Below, piece after piece: positions 57,943 through 63,567 of a stretch of DNA of 63,567 nt. The DNA is from a virus (Duplodnaviria > Caudoviricetes). The stretch lies in IMG/VR virus record IMGVR_UViG_3300030430_004778, positions 1 through 63,567 of that record; one strand, written 5' to 3'. Below the pieces are notes generated by a model. That model was not told the origin of the DNA. It saw only the letters and a program-made list of their open reading frames with translations, and made no database searches. A program made the position numbers and the translations under genes. How positions within the stretch are numbered: position 1 is the first letter of the stretch; every line of letters starts with the position of its first letter.

Positions 57943-58676
57943 TAGTTGTCCTTGGACATTTCAGCAAGAATATCACGGACAGCATCACGAAGTGCGGACT
58001 CGTCTAAGTCTTCAAGAACTGCTTCTTTTGCTTCTGCTGACATTGGATGAGCTTCTGCTAAAGCATCTTCTTTCTCTTCTTCATCGAGTTCTTCTGGTGC
58101 TTCTTCTAGTTGAGCAGTTTTGTAATCAGCGTTAGACAGATCGTAAGTTCCCATTCCTTCGCTTAAGAATGATTTTTCTTTTGGCTTATATCCCCATTTA
58201 TCCATGAGCATCTCGCCAAATTCTTTACTTCTCCAGTTTTTGTAAGACATTTTCTGTTCTCCTTTAGTGTCTTTATCTTTATAATTAGTTTCTTCAAGTT
58301 GTTTCTTTCTACTATCTTCAAAATCACGAAAAGCCATATTACCTTTTTCATATGCCTCTCGCTCCATTTCTCTCATGTGTGGATCTTTTTGAGCATAACC
58401 TGGACCAGTAGGCCCCATACTCATTAAATCCCCTCTTTCATTCTGTAAATGATGAACTAACTCATGAGCAAGAGAACGCAAGCAATCTTTCATGTGTCTA
58501 CCAGTTGTGTAAACTGTTATAGATTGCTCTGCTGGATCGTAATGAGCAGTTTTGCCAAAGGGCTTCATGCTGTTTTCTTTGTCTTGAGCGAAAATAATGG
58601 CGGGTTTGTTTTGAAGTTTATATCGCTGATGAAAAAACTCTAATAAATCATTAGCATAAGTTTTTATATTGTTCAT
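57942..58676 (-). CDS. HExxH metallopeptidase-like protein with acidic C-terminal part
   Basis: TAHYDP..RSLAHELVHHLQ..EREAY; internal SD and ATG at 58250. Confidence 0.7.
   Translation of the reverse strand: MNNIKTYANDLLEFFHQRYKLQNKPAIIFAQDKENSMKPFGKTAHYDPAEQSITVYTTGRHMKDCLRSLAHELVHHLQNERGDLMSMGPTGPGYAQKDPHMREMEREAYEKGNMAFRDFEDSRKKQLEETNYKDKDTKGEQKMSYKNWRSKEFGEMLMDKWGYKPKEKSFLSEGMGTYDLSNADYKTAQLEEAPEELDEEEKEDALAEAHPMSAEAKEAVLEDLDESALRDAVRDILAEMSKDN
58281..58289 (-). promoter_or_regulatory. Putative internal late promoter (ACTAATTAT)
   Basis: Followed by AAAGGAGAA and an in-frame ATG at 58250. Confidence 0.5.
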
Positions 58677-58699
58677 ATTTTAATTAGTACGAATGCATT

Positions 58700-59698
58700 T
58701 TAGATCTCATGAGGGGACCGAGAAAAAATAATAGACTTAATAAAAGGTACATTGTCCAACTTTCGTCTAATATACTCTTCCATATGTTTACTATCAATAA
58801 AACGTTTGAGAGTGCTATTTTCATTAACAGCAAATTGGCCGACATTTTCTAAAACATCCATTTTATTAAAAACAACATGTGTTGCTCCGTTAATATTAAT
58901 CGCTTTTTGAAGAAAGTTTAAATTCATCCAATTTACTTGTCTAACTCTACCAGTTGTTGCGCCATATTCTTGACCTTCTTCTTGTATTTTATTGAACACA
59001 TCACCTGCGGGTTGAAATTTCTTAGACCCAACATAAGTTTCATAAGATTTAGCTACTCCATAGACACTTCTAACTGTTTGCGGTGGAACTCCGTTCATTA
59101 AAGCCGCAGCCGAAATACAATTTGAGGATGTAACATAGGGATAAGAGCCCCAATCGATATCTAGACCAAACCCTTGGGCGCCCTCAAAAAGAATAATTGG
59201 ATTACCAGATCTTTCATGAAGCTCTTCATACAAGTCCATTAGATAAGGACGAAGTTCAGGAACATCTTCAGCTCGTACACCAGTCCTAGCAAATTTGTCG
59301 CGATAAGCGGGACCATTACCACGTTTAGTTGTACCTATCTTTGTTTCTCTTGCTTCCTCTTCAATATGGTTTTGCGTAATAATGTGAGCATTTTTAGCGA
59401 TAAATACAAGACCATCTGTGTTAATACCGCCTTCTTTTAATTCTTTAATTTCCTTAAAAAACTGTTCCACGTTAACAACACACCCCGGACCAATAATGGA
59501 CCGAATGTTAAAAAATACACCGGCAGGTATGTGATGAGTAATAAATTTTTTCCCTTTATGAAAGATAGTGTGGCCGGCGTTACAACCGCCATTATATCTG
59601 ATAACATGTGTATATTCTCCTGTTTTACACAAATGGTGTGTGACTTTGCCTTTTCCACAATCACCATATTGTAAATCTACAACAATATCTGAAATCAT
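58700..59698 (-). CDS. purA: Adenylosuccinate synthetase (short form)
   Basis: LQYGDCGKGK, RYNGGCNAGHT, IGTTKRGNGPAY, FEGAQGFGLDIDWGSYPYVTSS, EYGATTGRVR and NKMD; ATG at 59698 after GGAGG. Confidence 0.93.
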   Translation of the reverse strand: MISDIVVDLQYGDCGKGKVTHHLCKTGEYTHVIRYNGGCNAGHTIFHKGKKFITHHIPAGVFFNIRSIIGPGCVVNVEQFFKEIKELKEGGINTDGLVFIAKNAHIITQNHIEEEARETKIGTTKRGNGPAYRDKFARTGVRAEDVPELRPYLMDLYEELHERSGNPIILFEGAQGFGLDIDWGSYPYVTSSNCISAAALMNGVPPQTVRSVYGVAKSYETYVGSKKFQPAGDVFNKIQEEGQEYGATTGRVRQVNWMNLNFLQKAININGATHVVFNKMDVLENVGQFAVNENSTLKRFIDSKHMEEYIRRKLDNVPFIKSIIFSRSPHEI

Positions 59699-59720
59699 AA
59701 AACCCTCCAAATGAGGTTTT

Positions 59721-59745
59721 ATTATAACATAAGGGAATAAATAGT
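59721..59745 (-). promoter_or_regulatory. purA promoter region: extended -10 (TGTTATAAT) plus upstream ACTATTTATT motif
   Basis: Both motifs read directly in the short intergenic region. Confidence 0.55.
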
Positions 59746-59752
59746 TAAAGAG

Positions 59753-61621
59753 TTAGTTTTCGTCGCAGGCAGTTTCATCGAGAATATCTAGAAGGTTAGA
59801 ATACATTTGTTCGGCAGTAGGTACTAAATCAAACTGCTTTGCTTTTGGAAGTGAGTCAACAATATTATTCCAGTAAGCGTTTCCAAAACCAGCACTGAAA
59901 ACATAAAAACTAAATTCAGGTGCCGCCTCCATAGAAGATATAACATCGCTTTGTGTTATCTTTGGAACCAAGTAGCTTTGAGGTTCTTCATCTGTAAAAA
60001 GCACTATTACTCTTTTGGTGTTTTCTCTCCACTCTATATTCCAGTTTTCTTTTTCGGGTTCTGAAAGATTAGTACCTCCCCAGCCTTCAAACCATGCGGC
60101 AGAGTTAACATCAAATGTTCCGTTACCGATTAAACTCTGGAGAGACAGATAAATGGCATCTAAACTTTGCTCGTCTCCACCGTCCATCTGCGTTGTATCA
60201 ATGTTTGAAAATGAGGCCATAAAACTCTGAAAATCAGTCAGATTGATTTCTATTTTTAACTTTTCAACATTTTTAGTTAACCCAGCATCGTATTCATCAA
60301 CAGCGATTAGTACTAGACCCCATTTTATAATCTCAGAATCACTATAATGTACAGCAAACTGACTTAGTGCTGAGAGTACAGCGTTAATATCATTAAGCAT
60401 AGAGCCAGACATATCAACAATAAGAAGAACATCGGTGGGTTCAAGTTCCTTTTCTGTTATACCATCGCAGTTCGTATCTTCACCATTACATATGTCCTCA
60501 TCCATAGGAATAACTTCATCCATACATAACTCGGCAACGAACGTGCCATTCTCAAAATCGCTGCCCCACACACCCTGGTTACAATAAAAATTTCCAGGTT
60601 TACAAATGCCTACACCAAGAGTTTCAGGAGGTCCGCTATAACATATAGAAAATAAATCCTCATCAACTAATTGATTACAATTATCATCGTGATTATTACA
60701 ATCTTCTGGTGCTACGGTTCCGAGATATGGATCGCATTTTGTGCCTGGTAGCGTTAGCTCTGGAAACCAGTGGCAAGTGGCAAGGCATTCACTCATCTTA
60801 AAACTTGTGCAAGTTTGATCTTCACATTCACAAGTTTTATAGCCTTCACCACAAACCAATGGAGATTCACCACAAGGCGCTAATATTCCAACATCTTTTT
60901 CAGTACAAAAGCATTCTATATCTTCATCAATCTCACCGTCACAGTCATTGTCAAGACCATCACAAATCTCATCAAAAGGTTGTTTCGCAGTACAAAACCA
61001 CTGGCCTTGTATACAGTATTCTAAGTCGTCCTCACAAGCAGTTGAACATGCTTGAACAAGATCTTCATCTGTCAAGCCATCGCAATCATTATCTATATTA
61101 TCGCAAACCTCTGCCGGTACAGGACCACACAAACCACAATTATTTAATTGTCCTTCATCAATTTCACCATCGCAATCGTCGTCGATGCCATTACAGACCT
61201 CTTCTGTACAGTTGACAATACATTCAGTATATTGTATTAGACCCTTAACGCAAACTTTATCTTGTATTCCAGGTTCGCCTTCTTCATTTAAACACGGAGC
61301 ATCTTTTTCAATTAAATATTGGGTTGGATTACATTCAAGTTGCTGTTCACACTCACCTTGAAAAACTATTGTGTTTGGCTCTTCGCATTTATTGACACAA
61401 ATTTGTTTTCGCCAAACCTCACTTAAATCTTCACAAAAGTACCAGTCGCATTTTACACACGGATCTTGCCATATAGAATACGTGTCCTCTTCAACTACAT
61501 CATCAATAACATCTTTAACATCGGGAACTGCTGGCACAGGACTAGCAGCGACTGGTTCTTTTTTAACGGAACAGGAGGATAACAATATTGTACTAATAAG
61601 AAGAAATATCTTCATCTTCAT
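59753..61621 (-). CDS. Lipoprotein with Cys/Asp-rich MopE-like repeats and a C-terminal vWA domain
   Basis: Lipobox LLSSC; five ExCxxxDxxCD/N repeats; MIDAS motif LLIVDMSGSM..VLFTDE. Confidence 0.85.
   Translation of the reverse strand: MKMKIFLLISTILLSSCSVKKEPVAASPVPAVPDVKDVIDDVVEEDTYSIWQDPCVKCDWYFCEDLSEVWRKQICVNKCEEPNTIVFQGECEQQLECNPTQYLIEKDAPCLNEEGEPGIQDKVCVKGLIQYTECIVNCTEEVCNGIDDDCDGEIDEGQLNNCGLCGPVPAEVCDNIDNDCDGLTDEDLVQACSTACEDDLEYCIQGQWFCTAKQPFDEICDGLDNDCDGEIDEDIECFCTEKDVGILAPCGESPLVCGEGYKTCECEDQTCTSFKMSECLATCHWFPELTLPGTKCDPYLGTVAPEDCNNHDDNCNQLVDEDLFSICYSGPPETLGVGICKPGNFYCNQGVWGSDFENGTFVAELCMDEVIPMDEDICNGEDTNCDGITEKELEPTDVLLIVDMSGSMLNDINAVLSALSQFAVHYSDSEIIKWGLVLIAVDEYDAGLTKNVEKLKIEINLTDFQSFMASFSNIDTTQMDGGDEQSLDAIYLSLQSLIGNGTFDVNSAAWFEGWGGTNLSEPEKENWNIEWRENTKRVIVLFTDEEPQSYLVPKITQSDVISSMEAAPEFSFYVFSAGFGNAYWNNIVDSLPKAKQFDLVPTAEQMYSNLLDILDETACDEN
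60450..61202 (-). repeat. Five MopE-like metal-binding peptide repeats
   Basis: EVCNGIDDDCDGEIDE, EVCDNIDNDCDGLTDE, EICDGLDNDCDGEIDE, EDCNNHDDNCNQLVDE, DICNGEDTNCDGITE. Confidence 0.85.
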
Positions 61622-61644
61622 ATAATAAATATATGTTTAAGGGT

Positions 61645-62004
61645 TTAAGTGTACTGTTTATCTTGTTTTTCTGGTAGTTTTGTGATGCGAGTTGATATAA
61701 TACGGTCGCCGTCTGCGTCTTTCATAGTTCCGATTTTTTGTGAAACTAGCTGAAGATATGTTAGTGCTTTCCCTGGTTCAACATAAAAACGGATGTAAAG
61801 GTTCATTAATTTATTATTTTGTGGATCGCGCTGAATACCACCTTCACCAGCACGAATGACGGTCACACCTTCAATTCCTCGAATGGCTTCGAAAACACGA
61901 CCATATAACTTAGTAGCTGACTCAGCTTTTACAAGAAGCTCGGCCTCATACACAGATTTTTGTTCGGTGAGGAAATATTTAAAATTTTCAAAAAGGTTTT
62001 TCAT
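61645..62004 (-). CDS. Hypothetical protein
   Basis: 119 aa; N-terminal MKNLFENFKYFLTE and internal IRGIEGVTVI. Confidence 0.72.
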   Translation of the reverse strand: MKNLFENFKYFLTEQKSVYEAELLVKAESATKLYGRVFEAIRGIEGVTVIRAGEGGIQRDPQNNKLMNLYIRFYVEPGKALTYLQLVSQKIGTMKDADGDRIISTRITKLPEKQDKQYT

Positions 62005-62007
62005 AGT

Positions 62008-62898
62008 TTATTTTGGCACCTGTTTTAATGTATCTATTGCGGCTTTAGTTTTGGTAAAAGTGCTAGAACCAAATTCATTTCGTGTTTTAATATACACCTC
62101 CTCGTAGACTGCTCTGGTTCTTTTCCCAAGGTCAATCATTGTGTCAAGAAGATCAAACGCGTCTTTTCTATCATTAAACTGTAAAGATTTGTCTTTTGCG
62201 GTTGCAAGTAGATCGTCAAATGCTGATGAACCGAATTCGGCAACTTGTTTGGATAGCCCCTCTAACTTCTCAACGGGAAAATCTTTAGGTGAATCTTGAA
62301 GTTGTTGTAGCTCCTTAAGAGCTTTAGCAAATAAATCAATATTTTTAGATGCTTTAGATGTTTTATCGCTTACAAGATCGTTTGTGACGCCTTTGATAAA
62401 ATTAAATTTAGCGGAGTCTATTGGTTTGCCGCCCTGAGTTAATTTCGCTTGCGCGCTTGGAGAGTAAATAATCGCGGCGATTAAATAGACTATAATAACC
62501 AGTAACGCCATTCCTACTATTTTACAAAATAAAGGTCTGTCAGAACAAAAATCTGCGACTATATCATAAAGCTTTTTTGCGGCACGAAGTGCGGCAAATG
62601 TGGCTTTCTTTGCCATTTCAACAATTTGAATTGATTTTTTTAAAACAAAATCTGATACTTTTTCTGAAACTCCTTTAAGAAAATCACCAACTTTCTGACC
62701 CGCAGCTTTTAAAGTGTCGAGCAGCCCTTCTTCTAATAATTCTTTTTGTATTAGATTGAACTCTCTGATAGTTTGTCTTTCCCATCTTTCATAAAGTTGA
62801 GTTTCGTTTATTACTTTTCTGTCGTATTGTTCAAGCATAAGCTGGAAAGGATTTTCATTAAATTTCTTCCAGTTTTCCATTATCAATTTTGTTTCCAT
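62008..62898 (-). CDS. Hypothetical protein with one transmembrane helix
   Basis: Likely start METKLIMENWKKFNE at 62898 after AAGGAG; TM segment IVGMALLVIIVYLIAAIIY. Confidence 0.72.
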   Translation of the reverse strand: METKLIMENWKKFNENPFQLMLEQYDRKVINETQLYERWERQTIREFNLIQKELLEEGLLDTLKAAGQKVGDFLKGVSEKVSDFVLKKSIQIVEMAKKATFAALRAAKKLYDIVADFCSDRPLFCKIVGMALLVIIVYLIAAIIYSPSAQAKLTQGGKPIDSAKFNFIKGVTNDLVSDKTSKASKNIDLFAKALKELQQLQDSPKDFPVEKLEGLSKQVAEFGSSAFDDLLATAKDKSLQFNDRKDAFDLLDTMIDLGKRTRAVYEEVYIKTRNEFGSSTFTKTKAAIDTLKQVPK

Positions 62899-62928
62899 TA
62901 AGAATTCTCCTTTTAAGAGCAGATTATC

Positions 62929-62937
62929 ATAATTAGT
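62929..62937 (-). promoter_or_regulatory. Putative late promoter (ACTAATTAT)
   Basis: Intergenic, upstream of the SD and ATG at 62898. Confidence 0.5.
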
Positions 62938-62945
62938 ATATTTTA

Positions 62946-63146
62946 TTACAAAACGTGCTCTAATGTAAATTCTAAACACCAAAAAGCTTCGCCATCGGCC
63001 CAATAGACTAAAACATCATATATTCTTTCGTCGTCTCTGTCATCATCACGAGCAAACTCTGGTATTTCGTGAGTTTTGACGACAACACCTATACTATGTA
63101 ATAAATCGAATCTTACAAGATCCCCAGGTTTAAAACTGCAGGACAT
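62946..63146 (-). CDS. Small SH3/KOW-like protein
   Basis: FKPGDLVRF..IGVVV..VLVYW.DG..LEHV; likely ATG at 63146. Confidence 0.6.
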   Translation of the reverse strand: MSCSFKPGDLVRFDLLHSIGVVVKTHEIPEFARDDDRDDERIYDVLVYWADGEAFWCLEFTLEHVL

Positions 63147-63150
63147 TTTT

Positions 63151-63567
63151 TTACTTTTCTTCGGCGGCTTCCTCCAAGCTACCGCCAAACCCTGGTGGGG
63201 CTGATTTTGATCTTTTGTAGGAAGGTTTGGTGATTCCAGGCGTATTCTTGCCTCTACCTAAACCGATAAGGCGGATTTTCATCTTCTTATGGTTTTTCTT
63301 AACTGCTTTTTGAAACGGCTCGTTTTGTTCCTTTTGCATTCTTTTTGTTTTTCGCTTTGACGCTTCTTTTCTTTCAGTTGCGTAATCAAATGCTTTTTTA
63401 AGTCTTTTCTTAACTTTTGGATCTTTCGCATTTTGATATGCCGCCCTTGCCCTCTGGTGTATGAGGTTAATTATTTGTGATTGTCTTTTATGAGACTTTG
63501 ATTTAAACGAGGCTTTTGATAAGGTATCTTTGATATCCTGAACGGTTCTAAACTTTACACTTACAGT
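63151..63567 (-). CDS. Partial basic hypothetical protein (start lies outside the window)
   Basis: Frame is open from the window end: TVSVKFRTVQDIKDTL..HKRQSQIINLIHQRAR..., continuing into the track's 62-aa ORF. Confidence 0.7.
   Translation of the reverse strand, partial: TVSVKFRTVQDIKDTLSKASFKSKSHKRQSQIINLIHQRARAAYQNAKDPKVKKRLKKAFDYATERKEASKRKTKRMQKEQNEPFQKAVKKNHKKMKIRLIGLGRGKNTPGITKPSYKRSKSAPPGFGGSLEEAAEEK

Noticed and set aside
58700-59698. PurZ / diaminopurine (Z-base) genome
   Set aside because: The N-terminal motif is GDCGKG with Asp (PurA type), and no datZ/mazZ-like neighbours were recognised.
173-61625. Many short plus-strand and nested ORFs in the track
   Set aside because: They are antisense or off-frame shadows of long minus-strand genes with no motifs; only 51866..52624 is credible.
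1-63567. Stop-codon reassignment
   Set aside because: Very long ORFs are intact in the standard code, and TAA, TAG and TGA all end genes next to the following start.
1-63567. tRNA or other structured RNA genes
   Set aside because: Intergenic gaps are short and AT-rich, with no cloverleaf or T-loop signature seen; a tRNAscan/Infernal run would confirm.

Overview
The window is best read as part of a large, AT-rich tailed (myovirus-type, probably jumbo) bacteriophage genome. Nearly all genes are on the minus strand, tightly packed and use the standard code. Bases 1-35.7 kb hold a virion tail/baseplate module: T4 gp6-like and gp25-like genes, a 3202-aa LamG/baseplate protein, a 2770-aa unknown, a spike-like protein and an amidase-bearing protein. 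A T4 gp55-like late sigma factor follows. The most notable element, at 37.5-48.2 kb, is a compact operon for phosphonate (C-P bond) biosynthesis and glycan tailoring. It encodes a PEP mutase with a non-canonical motif, a split phosphonopyruvate decarboxylase, an AEP transaminase, a cytidylyltransferase, a PhnY/PhyH-like dioxygenase, a SAM methyltransferase and four glycosyltransferase-type genes. The right part encodes a Cas4-like nuclease, PIN-PhoH, a trypsin-like lipoprotein, a Fis-like regulator, an RNA-ligase-like/nucleotidyltransferase fusion, PurA, a Cys-repeat/vWA lipoprotein and small acidic proteins. Two other patterns stand out: a ~120-135-aa module inserted into three unrelated virion proteins, and a recurring upstream motif CTA(A/T)TTA that is a probable late promoter. 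All calls come from motif recognition by eye; no database searches were run. No tRNA, rRNA or CRISPR array was seen.
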